From an uncultured Acidobacteriota bacterium (lineage in GTDB: Bacteria; Acidobacteriota; Terriglobia; Acidiferrales; UBA7541), in NCBI GenBank assembly GCA_963703785.1, contig CAVPFR010000029.1, forward strand, positions 19,036 through 83,035: a stretch of 64,000 bases of DNA, given 5' to 3'. Below are positions 37,953-47,350 of the stretch, in pieces; the stretch's first letter is position 1, and each line of letters begins with the position of its first letter. The notes beneath the pieces were generated by a model. It had not been told where the DNA came from, did no database searches, and was given only the letters and a program-made list of their open reading frames with translations. A program made the position numbers and the translations under genes.

Positions 37953-38638
37953 TGTTTTTCACCGGGATTGACTGCGGAGAAAGAGTCCATCGGCTCGAGT
38001 TCGATCTTCATCCTCGGCTTGGTTTCATCGAACCATTCCGCGGTGCGGTCATTCACGCCTTGCTCGATGAGGAGCTCGCGAATCTGATCGGTCACATCCG
38101 TTAAGGGAGGCGCGTGCTGGCCTTTTGCCTGAAGTTCAGGCAGCAGGTGATCCCGATAATAGTTTGCGATGGCGGCATCATCCACTTGAACCGATGATTG
38201 AAATTTGTAATCGAGATAACGGGCCAGATAGATTTGCCGCGTCATCACCCGGCGCAGGGCTTCTGAAGTAAGAGCGACTTGGCCGAGGCGCTGCTCGAAC
38301 GCGGCTGTATTGGGAAAGCTATTCTGGACGCGGCTCATTTCGCGATCCACTTCCGCCGCCGCCGGCATGGGGAATCGCGCGCCGGTAGCCTCATCATTCA
38401 GTATCCACTGCTCGATCAGCTCCGACCGCAGCTCTTCGTCGGTTTGGAAGTGGCCATCGAGGAGTTGCTGATAGGCCGCCAGTTCGCGGAGCTCACTGAA
38501 CGCGATGATGTCGCCTTCGATGCGCGCCACAATGCCGTCCACGATTTGCGGCTGCGAATGGCCTTGCGCCGCGACGCAAGCGGCCGGGGAAAAGGCCCCG
38601 AGCAGAGCACACAACACGAGGATAGCCCCGAGGCGCAT
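37949..38638 (-). CDS. SurA N-terminal-domain-like periplasmic chaperone (no PPIase domain)
   Basis: signal peptide; IVARIEGDIIAFSELRE.. helical chaperone-type sequence; overlaps bamA stop and tamB start. Confidence 0.6.
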   Translation of the reverse strand: MRLGAILVLCALLGAFSPAACVAAQGHSQPQIVDGIVARIEGDIIAFSELRELAAYQQLLDGHFQTDEELRSELIEQWILNDEATGARFPMPAAAEVDREMSRVQNSFPNTAAFEQRLGQVALTSEALRRVMTRQIYLARYLDYKFQSSVQVDDAAIANYYRDHLLPELQAKGQHAPPLTDVTDQIRELLIEQGVNDRTAEWFDETKPRMKIELEPMDSFSAVNPGEKQ

Positions 38639-41628
38639 CAGAACGTGGACCCCAGATTCACGAAAAATTGAAACGCCGGCAGACGCTGCACGGTTAGGGG
38701 TCCCCCCGACACGGCGGAATTGGCCGGAACGAGAAAATTGGCCGGATTGAGCTGATACGCCAGATCGATGCTCACCGGCCCCACGGGCGTGTGATAGCGA
38801 ATTTCAAACCCCACCGTGTGCGAAAAATAATTCAGCTCATTGGTGCAATCAGTAAGACAAACGCCCCCTAGGTTCACCATGGGCATCGGGGGAGCGGAAC
38901 GCAAAGTAATAGCGGAAAACGTCTGGAACACGTTTCCGGCGTCATAAAAAACTCCCCCGCTGGCGCGCGAGCCGATTAACGGAAGGCGCATGGGAAATTC
39001 CAATTGCTGATTGAAAGTGAGCAGGCCCAATCCGCCGACAGGAAAGCCCGTCACCGGATCGCGCGGACCGGCCTGATTGAGTCCAAATCCGCGCAGCGTG
39101 GTGCCACCGCCGGCGAAAAAGCGCTCAGGCAATGGAATATCCGACAGGGTCGAACCGGCGAAGGGTTCCTCTATGCCAATGCGTGTTGACCGGGCAAAGA
39201 CGAATATTGAGCCCAGGTGCGTGTAGGTGGAATTCTGAAGGGTTGCGCGGAGAAAGGAAGCGGCAGAGCCGAAGTCCTGGCTGGCCACGTCGATGTCGAA
39301 TGTATTGAAACTTCCGCGAGCTGGGTCGGCGGCATTATCGCGGCGGTCGCGAACCCAGGTGAAAGCGAAGAAAGCGACCTGTGTGGGCTGATTAAAAAGG
39401 GGAATCTCTTCCGGCGCAACTTGCAAATCGGTGGCCTGCACGCGGCGATACACGAATCGATAAAGAAGGGACGTAAGGATCGAGCGCCGATCGGTCAATT
39501 GAGCGGAGCCCTCTTCGCGCGTGGACGTGAAGGTTTGCACGTCGCGCGCTTTGACGTAGTCGCCGATGAGCTGAAAGCTCATGGTGGGGAGAAGAAAATG
39601 GGGCGAGGAGCTGTAGGTAAGCAGGGCCCGTCCCTGCAATAAGCTGGCCCGCGCTTTGAAGGAGAGCGAATCGGCGCGGCCAGTGAGATTGAGCTTGGTG
39701 AATTCGCTGGTGAGGCGCGGGCTGAAGTAGAGCGGCTCGGCCACTGGGCCGGTGCTGGCGGTCCCAAGCCGCTGGGCTTCCAAGCCCAGACCATAACCAA
39801 CGGTGTAGCGCCGGGCCTCGTCCACCAGGAGGTCGATCGTTTTTGACGTGCCGCTGCCTTCCGGGTCCTGCGGTGCAATGGCCACGCGGCTAAATATCCC
39901 CAGATTATACAGCCGACGCTGCGTTTCCACCACCGCGCTTTCGCTGAAAGGCCCGCCCGGGTGCAGTTGCACCTCGCGAACAATCACGCTCGGATGCGTA
40001 TGCTGGTAGCCGCCCACAAGAACCTGCGCGACGCGAATCTGCTCGCCTTCCTCAATTTGATACGTAAGATTCACGCGCGGACCCTCGCCGGGCTGAGCGG
40101 GGATGTTATCCACCGAGGCGTGAAATTGGGCGTTGGGAAAACCCTGGTCGTAGTAAAGCGTCAGCACGTTGTCACGGTCGCCGGCGACGTTGAGATCCGA
40201 ATACGGCTGCCCCGCCGTGGATCCGATCGCGCCGGAAAGCTCCTGGCTGCTGATGGCGTGGTTGCCCTCGATCATGAGGTTGGCAATGCGCGTCTGCGGA
40301 CCTTCCGCGATCCGGAAAGTGATCAAGAGGTCGCCCGGGTGGCCTCGATAGTTGTCCATCAGATCACTGCTCACCTGGACTTCCCGGAAGCCGTTGGATT
40401 GATACAGTTCGGCGATCGAGGCCACGTCATTCGTCAGCTGCCCTGAACTGAAGCGCTCCGGGGAGCCAAATGCCGCGGGCTGGATGCGGATGCGGCCGCG
40501 CAGCAAATCGTCGCGAAAGTAATGGTTTCCGGAGAACGCCAAACCCACCAGCCGCTGATGCGACCCTAATTCCACGCGATAAGTGATCACTTCCATATTT
40601 CCCGGCTGGCTCTCCTCGGGATCCTCGGAAGTCGTGTAATCGACCTCGGCGTCGAAATATCCCCGGCGCTCCAGATAATCGCGCAAATTGCGGCGGCCCT
40701 CCTGAAGCAGATCTTCGTCGACCGCACCCTCCTCGAAGATTGGCAGCAGGGACCGTAACGTGCTCTCCGAAACCTTCGCTCCAAGCACTTGCACGCGTAC
40801 CTTGAGCTGCGCAGACACAGATGCCTGCAGCGCCACGGTGTTTGTATCGGGCTCGTATGCACCGCGCACCACTGAGACGCGAGCGCCCAGATAGCCGCGC
40901 CCAGTGAGCCATTTGCGGCTGTTTTGCACGCTTCTCTCCAGCGCTTCCGACGTCACTCTGGTCTTGGGCTTAAGGCGGAGGCGGTCGCGGATCTCCGCCT
41001 CGGTGAAGGGAGACTGATTGACCAAGTTGATCGTTCCCACGCGCGCGCGCTGGCCCTGAACGACGTCGACAATAATATCCATTTGCCGCGTAGCCACGTG
41101 AGGCACGAGACGGTAACTGAGCTTTGCTTGATACAGTCCTTCGTCTTCCAGCGCATCTTTCAAGCGGTCTAACGCCGCAGGGATATCGGACTCACGAAAA
41201 GGCTCGCCCAGTCCCAGGCGCATGGAAGAGACGGCGACGCTGTCGCTCGGCGGCTCGTGAAGCCCATTCACGCGAACCGCGTCCACGAAGAAATTTGGCC
41301 GCACCAGGAAATCCACCTGCAAGCCTTGGGGCACGTTGGTAACCTGGACTACGATGTCGGCATATAGTCCCGTGCGATAAAGCTGGCGCAGGCTTTGGCG
41401 TTCTGCCTCAATAGTGAATGACTGATTTAGTTGGAGCGGCAGGCCCGAGGCCTGGACCTGAAGGACTTCGCCGGACTGGTCCAGGATGCGAATCGCAGCC
41501 ACCCGCTTGCCTTCGATCTGTCCCGCGGACTGCGGCGCTGCTTGGGTTTGAGCCAGAGCGCTCGCTGCGCAGGACAGGCCTATGCCGGCCAGAAAAAGAA
41601 GAACTGCACAGGGACGATTCGCAATCAT
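38638..41628 (-). CDS. bamA: outer membrane protein assembly factor BamA (Omp85), unusually long
   Basis: 996 aa; signal peptide, repeated POTRA-like units, C-terminal beta-barrel ending ..FQFFVNLGSTF. Confidence 0.85.
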   Translation of the reverse strand: MIANRPCAVLLFLAGIGLSCAASALAQTQAAPQSAGQIEGKRVAAIRILDQSGEVLQVQASGLPLQLNQSFTIEAERQSLRQLYRTGLYADIVVQVTNVPQGLQVDFLVRPNFFVDAVRVNGLHEPPSDSVAVSSMRLGLGEPFRESDIPAALDRLKDALEDEGLYQAKLSYRLVPHVATRQMDIIVDVVQGQRARVGTINLVNQSPFTEAEIRDRLRLKPKTRVTSEALERSVQNSRKWLTGRGYLGARVSVVRGAYEPDTNTVALQASVSAQLKVRVQVLGAKVSESTLRSLLPIFEEGAVDEDLLQEGRRNLRDYLERRGYFDAEVDYTTSEDPEESQPGNMEVITYRVELGSHQRLVGLAFSGNHYFRDDLLRGRIRIQPAAFGSPERFSSGQLTNDVASIAELYQSNGFREVQVSSDLMDNYRGHPGDLLITFRIAEGPQTRIANLMIEGNHAISSQELSGAIGSTAGQPYSDLNVAGDRDNVLTLYYDQGFPNAQFHASVDNIPAQPGEGPRVNLTYQIEEGEQIRVAQVLVGGYQHTHPSVIVREVQLHPGGPFSESAVVETQRRLYNLGIFSRVAIAPQDPEGSGTSKTIDLLVDEARRYTVGYGLGLEAQRLGTASTGPVAEPLYFSPRLTSEFTKLNLTGRADSLSFKARASLLQGRALLTYSSSPHFLLPTMSFQLIGDYVKARDVQTFTSTREEGSAQLTDRRSILTSLLYRFVYRRVQATDLQVAPEEIPLFNQPTQVAFFAFTWVRDRRDNAADPARGSFNTFDIDVASQDFGSAASFLRATLQNSTYTHLGSIFVFARSTRIGIEEPFAGSTLSDIPLPERFFAGGGTTLRGFGLNQAGPRDPVTGFPVGGLGLLTFNQQLEFPMRLPLIGSRASGGVFYDAGNVFQTFSAITLRSAPPMPMVNLGGVCLTDCTNELNYFSHTVGFEIRYHTPVGPVSIDLAYQLNPANFLVPANSAVSGGPLTVQRLPAFQFFVNLGSTF

Positions 41629-41816
41629 TCGCCACTATAGAGAAAAGGTTAGCACAAGGCGGGTTGCCTACCGGAAACTTCCGTCCACCAGCGTGCTTAC
41701 TAGGCGCTCCCCAAAACAGCGCTATCATAAATGACGCCGGAATGTGCGGCGTCACCGTGAATTGAATTTATCACGAAGACGTTCGAGGCGCCCAAAACGG
41801 ATGCCCCCCGGCAACG

Positions 41817-41822
41817 TATAAT
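41817..41822 (+). promoter_or_regulatory. TATAAT box 7 nt upstream of the thiF-like ATG (possible leaderless mRNA)
   Basis: perfect TATAAT at 41817-41822, ATG at 41830, no Shine-Dalgarno between; no good -35 found. Confidence 0.3.
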
Positions 41823-41829
41823 TGCCCAA

Positions 41830-42876
41830 ATGGACGCAAAGCTCCGCGAACGCTACTCTCGGCAAATCCTTTTCGGCCCCATCGGGGAAGCTGGTCAGGA
41901 GCGCCTGCGCCAGTCTTCGGCGGTCATCGTCGGTTGCGGCGCATTGGGTTCGGCACTGGCAGGCCTGCTCGCGCGTGCCGGCGTCGGCCATCTTCGGATT
42001 GTCGACCGTGATTTCGTGGAGCCATCGAACCTCCAGCGCCAAACCCTGTTCGAGGAGTCCGACGCGCAGGAATTATTGCCAAAGGCAGTCGCGGCCGAGC
42101 GCCGGCTACGGCGCATCAACTCCGACGTCGAAGTACGGGGCATCGTAGGGGATGTGACGCCGGAGAACGCCGGCGAGTTGCTGGCCAATTCCGAACTTTT
42201 GCTGGACGGCACCGATAATTTCGAAACGCGGCTTCTGATCAATGATTACGCCGTGAAGAGCCACCTGCCCTGGATTTATGCAGCCGTTGTAGCCAGCCAC
42301 GGGCTTACCATGCCGATACATCCGGGACAAAGCGCTTGTCTGGCGTGCCTCGCTGAAGAGGATCCATTCGGAGAGGATGGTTTAGGCCGACGTGCTAACG
42401 AACCTACGTGCGACACGGTCGGAGTGCTGGGCCCGGCAGCCGGAGTTATTGCCTCCCTCGAAGCCGCTTCAGCGATCAAGATTCTCGCCGGCCAGTCGCA
42501 AGCGCGAGATGCCCGTCTGATCACGGCGGACGTATGGAACGGACGTTTCCATTCCATGCACATTCCCCGGCGTGAAAACTGCCGCGCTTGCGGGCAGGGC
42601 CGATTCTCTTACTTGGAGGGAGAAGCGCAGCCTCGCCTTACCCTATGTGGCCGCGACTCCGTCCAAATTCACGAGCGCGGCAGGCGGCTGGACTTGACTG
42701 CTCTCGGACACACCCTCGCCGCGGCGGGTAACCCGGTGCGGCAGAACGATTTCCTGCTACGCCTTCAGGTGCCGCCCTACGAGATGACCGTGTTTGCCGA
42801 TGGCCGCGCCATCATAAAAGGCACGCGCGACACCTCTGTGGCCCGTTCCATCTATGCGCGTTACATTGGCGCCTGA
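41830..42876 (+). CDS. ThiF/MoeB-family E1-like adenylyltransferase with about 95-aa C-terminal extension
   Basis: RYSRQILF, GCGALGS nucleotide loop, CLAC..CRAC zinc cysteines, C-terminal FADGRAIIKGTRD..YARYIGA. Confidence 0.8.
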   Translation: MDAKLRERYSRQILFGPIGEAGQERLRQSSAVIVGCGALGSALAGLLARAGVGHLRIVDRDFVEPSNLQRQTLFEESDAQELLPKAVAAERRLRRINSDVEVRGIVGDVTPENAGELLANSELLLDGTDNFETRLLINDYAVKSHLPWIYAAVVASHGLTMPIHPGQSACLACLAEEDPFGEDGLGRRANEPTCDTVGVLGPAAGVIASLEAASAIKILAGQSQARDARLITADVWNGRFHSMHIPRRENCRACGQGRFSYLEGEAQPRLTLCGRDSVQIHERGRRLDLTALGHTLAAAGNPVRQNDFLLRLQVPPYEMTVFADGRAIIKGTRDTSVARSIYARYIGA

Positions 42877-42895
42877 GGGCGCAGGGGGAAGGGCG

Positions 42896-43240
42896 TCAGC
42901 GGCCTTCCGTGCGCCCAATCGGATGGCGAAGCGCGGCGCGGTCGAGGTTTTCCCGCAGGTTCATTAAGGTCAGGAAAGTGTTGAGGATGCGGGCCTTCAG
43001 CTCATCGGGCAGGTGCAAGCCGCTGGTCGCGGTGCGCGCGAGCAGTTCGCCCCGTCCTCCGACATAATCAATGATCTCCACCTGCCGTTCGCGAGGGGCT
43101 CGGCCAGTCGCCGTCTCACGGCGCATATCGGCGCAGCGCCGCTCAATCTCCAGCGTGAAATGCAAAATACAAAGCTTTTCCGCCTCCAGCGCCACGGGAA
43201 CCGTCGACTTGCATCCAGGCGCGCTGCACGAATTTGGCAT
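42896..43240 (-). CDS. hypothetical Cys/His-containing small protein
   Basis: internal ATG of ORF 42896..43279; CSAPGC..LCILH possible metal site; no recognisable family. Confidence 0.4.
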   Translation of the reverse strand: MPNSCSAPGCKSTVPVALEAEKLCILHFTLEIERRCADMRRETATGRAPRERQVEIIDYVGGRGELLARTATSGLHLPDELKARILNTFLTLMNLRENLDRAALRHPIGRTEGR

Positions 43241-43506
43241 CGCTTCGGAATCCCTCTTAAATCGATTTTTGCATCTCAATCACACAAAATCCAGAGGTAG
43301 CTTGCCGGGAACAGCGAATCAGCCATTGACGGTTGCGCTCTCGCTGGGGATGGCAAGTTGGGTTTTATGCTGGACCGGGGCTCGTGTGGATACCCGCAAA
43401 AGCAAGGGTATGCTAGACTGGCGAGGCAAAAGAGGGAAAGCGGCTCGAGATTATCTCCTGAAGGCCGTTGTGCGGTAACTTCTATAAACTCAACGAGGGG
43501 CAAGAT

Positions 43507-44262
43507 ATGTCTGGGCATTCCAAATGGGCCACGATCAAGCATAAGAAGGCGGCGACGGACGCCAAACGGGGCCGGATCTTTACGAAGCTGATTCGAGAAA
43601 TCACGATTGCGGCCCGAGTCGGCGGCGGCGACGTGGATTCCAACCCTAGGCTACGCACCGCGATTTCCGCGGCCAAGAACGAGAATATGCCTAACGAAAA
43701 TATCGAGCGGGCACTTCAGCGCGGTACCGGCCAACTCGAAGGGGAACAATACGAGGAAGTGAATTTCGAGGGCTATGGTCCCGGAGGCGTGGGAATGATC
43801 GTGCAGGTGGTCACCACGAACCGCAACCGGGTGGTCAGCGAACTTCGACACATGATGAGCCGGCACGGCGGAAATCTGGCCGAGACTGGCGCCGTGGGCT
43901 GGATGTTCAGCCGCAAAGGCCAGATTGTGGTCTCCAAGGAACAGGCTGGCGAGGACAAGATGCTTTCCATTGTTCTCGATGCCGGGGCGGAGGACCTGCG
44001 TGACGATGGCTCGGAGTGGGAAGTTCTCACGCCTCCCGATGCCTTCGAGAACGTGCGCGACGCTCTGAACAAAGCGGGCGTCAAGCCCGAATCGGCGGAG
44101 GTCGCCTGGGTACCACAGAATTACATCAAGCTGACGGGCTCGGCGGCGCAGCAGATGCTCAAACTCGTGGAATCTCTCGAAGAACACGACGACATTCAAC
44201 ACGTCTTCGCTAATTTCGATATAGACGAAAAAGAACTGGCCGTCATGGCCGCGCAGAGTTGA
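43507..44262 (+). CDS. yebC: YebC/PmpR family DNA-binding transcriptional regulator
   Basis: MSGHSKWATIKHKKAATDAKRG hallmark N-terminus. Confidence 0.9.
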   Translation: MSGHSKWATIKHKKAATDAKRGRIFTKLIREITIAARVGGGDVDSNPRLRTAISAAKNENMPNENIERALQRGTGQLEGEQYEEVNFEGYGPGGVGMIVQVVTTNRNRVVSELRHMMSRHGGNLAETGAVGWMFSRKGQIVVSKEQAGEDKMLSIVLDAGAEDLRDDGSEWEVLTPPDAFENVRDALNKAGVKPESAEVAWVPQNYIKLTGSAAQQMLKLVESLEEHDDIQHVFANFDIDEKELAVMAAQS

Positions 44263-44359
44263 TGGAAAATTCGTCGAGAGTTTCCGCCACGCCGGAGCGA
44301 GAGATGCCGGCGGGGGGTTTTCCCGCTGCCGTACCCTTTGCCGCGGCGGTTCGATTCGC

Positions 44360-44953
44360 GTGAGTGCGGAATCCTATTGTGTGCTGGGAATTGACCCCGC
44401 CGCTGCCGGCGCGACGGGTTTCGGAATCGTCGAACGCGAAGGTAGCCGCTGCCGTATGCTTCGCCTCGGCGCCCTGCGGCCTTCAAAAGAAATCGCTGCT
44501 GCCGGCGATCTCCACCTGTGCCGGATTCACGCCCTGCTGAGCGAGCTCATCCGCGAATTCCGGCCGCGAGCCGTCGCCCTCGAGTCGGTTTTCACCGCGC
44601 TCAATGTGAAGGTGGCCTTGCGGCTGGCGGAGGTTCGCGGCGTGGTCCTTCTGGCGGCAGCGCAGGCCGGCATCGCGGCCTTCAGCTATTCTCCGCGGGA
44701 GGTGAAGGCGACCGTGGCTGGCTATGGCCACGCGGGGAAGGAACAAGTACAGCAGATGGTTCGCGCGTTGTTGAGCATGACGGAAACGCCTGAGCCGGCG
44801 GATGCCGCGGACGCTCTGGCAATTGCTCTCTGCCACATTCAGGTCGCGGAAGCGAAGGAGCGCCTTGGCGCCAGCCTGATTTCGGCGCGCGCTGCGGGAA
44901 CCGCCAAGCGCCGTAACTCCAGATCCACTTCGCGCATCATTTCTGTACGATGA
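44360..44953 (+). CDS. ruvC: crossover junction endodeoxyribonuclease RuvC (start 44360 or 44381)
   Basis: VLGIDPAAAGATGFGIVE and C-terminal PADAADALAIALCH. Confidence 0.85.
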   Translation: MSAESYCVLGIDPAAAGATGFGIVEREGSRCRMLRLGALRPSKEIAAAGDLHLCRIHALLSELIREFRPRAVALESVFTALNVKVALRLAEVRGVVLLAAAQAGIAAFSYSPREVKATVAGYGHAGKEQVQQMVRALLSMTETPEPADAADALAIALCHIQVAEAKERLGASLISARAAGTAKRRNSRSTSRIISVR

Positions 44954-45669
44954 TCGATATGCGTCGAGAGAATCATCGCGGGCCTCTCGTTCTTTGGCTT
45001 GCCGGTGTTCTCTGGCTTGGCGGCATTTTGATTTTTTCGCCGCTTCTGCGCGCTTACGATGCCGCGACGATAACTTATCGGCGCGTGTTCAAGGGCAGCA
45101 ACCCGGAATTCATTGAAATAAAGATCGGCGAGGACGGAACAGCAACTTACGATATCCGGCAACTAAGCGACGCCCCGGATCCCGAGTCCTTCCACGTGAG
45201 CGATGCCGTGCGGATGAAGGTTTTCGAACTAGCCGGCGAGCTGCACAATTTTGATGGCCTCGATCTCGATGTCCACCGCCGCATTGCCGATCTGGGCCAA
45301 AAGACCTTCCGTTACGAGAAAGGCCGAGAGGCGCACGAAACGCACTACAACTACACCTTGAACCGCCCGGCGACCCAGCTCGCACTCGTCTTCGAAGGAC
45401 TTTTCCTACAGCAACGCGACGTCATGGATCTGGAACAAAAATTGAAATACGACCGCCTGGGCGTTAACGACTCGCTGCGCCAATTCGAGATGGACCTGGC
45501 GCAGCAGGCGCTTCCCGAACCGGACCAATTTCTAGCGGTGTTGGATCGCATCGGCGCGGATACACGCGTGGTTGACGTCGCCCGCCAGCGTGCGCGTGCG
45601 CTTGCGGAACGAATTCGCATGGCAACACCGGACAGCGCCAGTCCAGCGCCCGCTAAAGCCCGCCCATAG
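44950..45669 (+). CDS. hypothetical membrane-anchored/secreted protein, translationally coupled to ruvC
   Basis: ATGA overlap at 44950-44953; N-terminal hydrophobic anchor; no recognisable domain. Confidence 0.5.
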   Translation: MIDMRRENHRGPLVLWLAGVLWLGGILIFSPLLRAYDAATITYRRVFKGSNPEFIEIKIGEDGTATYDIRQLSDAPDPESFHVSDAVRMKVFELAGELHNFDGLDLDVHRRIADLGQKTFRYEKGREAHETHYNYTLNRPATQLALVFEGLFLQQRDVMDLEQKLKYDRLGVNDSLRQFEMDLAQQALPEPDQFLAVLDRIGADTRVVDVARQRARALAERIRMATPDSASPAPAKARP

Positions 45670-45685
45670 GCCACCGTGAGTCGGC

Positions 45686-46507
45686 TCACTCCACAATGAC
45701 GCCGGCATAGCCGACCACTTCGTCACGATCGCCGTTCACGTCTCCCGAAGTTTCATAACGTTCGAGCTTGGCTCGCTTGGCGCCCAGCAGGCGCGCCGCC
45801 GTCAAGACGCTCACTGCCGCGCCGACCCCGCACATGGTAATCCCCTCGCGACGCACGACATCGAATAGCCCGCGCGGGTCGAGGGCCAGCACGGCTTCAA
45901 GCGCTCGAGCGTCTTTGCGGCGGGTGATCTCGTCCGATTCGTAGTGATTCATGTCCGAGCTAGCAATCATGAGAACGGGTTCCGGCAGCCGCAGCACGAC
46001 CTCGGCCATGGCGCGTCCCAGCGCCTCGAGCAAATCGTAATCGCTGGGGCCCAGCGCAATGGGAACAAATCGAAAGTCGTTCGCGAGATGCTGAAGGAAT
46101 GGAAGCTGTACCTCCAAGGCGTGCTCGCGCAGGTGCGCCTCTTCATCCTCGCAGAGGAAGGGGCAGGCGCTCTTGATCTCGCCGGCCAGTTGCGCATCGA
46201 TCTCGGCAGGGCCCAACGGCATTTGCCAGATTCCATCGGAGAGAATGGCTTGCGCTTTGCCGTTAGGGAAGTGCCTGGGTCCGACCAAGACAAACCGCCT
46301 CGGCAGCTTCAGGCGGGCATAAACGGCTCCGGCAACCCGCCCAGAATACCGATAACCCGCGTGCGGGACCATACAGGCGATGGCGTTTCGCGGCGGCAAT
46401 TCCGCCGTGATCGAAGTGAATTCGGATATTTGGCGCTTTAAGTCGGCGGGATCGTTGGGGTAAAAGCGGCCAGCAACGGCAGGCGGGCGAAGCACCGAAA
46501 ATGCCAC
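45686..46507 (-). CDS. MEMO1-family protein (AmmeMemoRadiSam system protein B-like)
   Basis: PPAVAGRFYP N-terminus, MVPHAGYRYSG, SSDMNHYE motifs. Confidence 0.8.
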   Translation of the reverse strand: MAFSVLRPPAVAGRFYPNDPADLKRQISEFTSITAELPPRNAIACMVPHAGYRYSGRVAGAVYARLKLPRRFVLVGPRHFPNGKAQAILSDGIWQMPLGPAEIDAQLAGEIKSACPFLCEDEEAHLREHALEVQLPFLQHLANDFRFVPIALGPSDYDLLEALGRAMAEVVLRLPEPVLMIASSDMNHYESDEITRRKDARALEAVLALDPRGLFDVVRREGITMCGVGAAVSVLTAARLLGAKRAKLERYETSGDVNGDRDEVVGYAGVIVE

Positions 46508-46552
46508 CTTCTTGGAGAAACCGATTCGAGCAGGCGAGAAATTAAATTTCTG

Positions 46553-46909
46553 CTATTTGGGCTCGTCGAACGAAATCTTGAGCGACTTCAAGAAGCGCAA
46601 ATCCTGAGGCGTAACCTCGAATTTCGCCTCGTGCTTCTCCTCTTCGAGAACCTCTTGATCCACTTGAATGTGGAGCGACTCGAGGAACCGGCGGTCGTTC
46701 GATGTGATCTGGGAGGAGTTCGACTCGCGGCGCGCCAAGCCGATCGTGGCGTCAAGCTTCAATACGAGATCGTAGCCGGCGGCGCGAACCCCGGAAATCG
46801 CTTCGGTAATTCTTTCGGATTCGGAAACCGTGTCATTAATCGCGTGGCCCAGTTCGCGGAGCAGGCGCTTCAGGTGGTCGTCGATTTGCAAGGTCGTTCC
46901 CCCCTTCAC
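46553..46909 (-). CDS. hypothetical protein with an internal duplicated motif (start may be TTG 46891)
   Basis: ITSNDRRFLESLHIQVD and VTPQDLRFLKSLKISFD; GGGGGGA RBS-like run 6 nt before the TTG. Confidence 0.5.
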   Translation of the reverse strand: MKGGTTLQIDDHLKRLLRELGHAINDTVSESERITEAISGVRAAGYDLVLKLDATIGLARRESNSSQITSNDRRFLESLHIQVDQEVLEEEKHEAKFEVTPQDLRFLKSLKISFDEPK

Positions 46910-47098
46910 GGCACATTCGGAATTGTAGGCGTTGCCGCGAGACGAAACAAGGGCCGCTCTGAGCGTTGTTGCTCAACGCAGCCCCACGTGGGTGGGCTAA
47001 TCCACGCCAAGCCGCAATGGCATTCGCCGAGCCTTCGGCTCGTCCAAATCGTCCAGATAGGGAGCCTCACAGCCGCATTTTTGGTCTAAAATTAGCCC

Positions 47099-47350
47099 AT
47101 GGAAAACGTTGTTCCGGCAGCCGCAAAGCCGCGTGGTTTTTTTGGGAGACTCTGGCGCGCCGTGCGGCAAGTTTTTCATGAGACCACCGGCGCCATGTTT
47201 TTTCTCCTGGCCTTGACTTGGACAAGCGGAGCGCTCCGGTACTGGAGACAGCGAGCGCCCGGTTGGGAGTGGAAGACTTCCGTGGGCATGGCTCTCGTAA
47301 TGGCGTGTTTTGGCCTGGCTTCATTCCGGGCGGCGCGCCGCGTAAACTGA
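47099..47350 (+). CDS. small two-TM membrane protein (hypothetical)
   Basis: 83-aa ORF with two hydrophobic stretches, directly upstream of the mutase gene. Confidence 0.35.
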   Translation: MENVVPAAAKPRGFFGRLWRAVRQVFHETTGAMFFLLALTWTSGALRYWRQRAPGWEWKTSVGMALVMACFGLASFRAARRVN

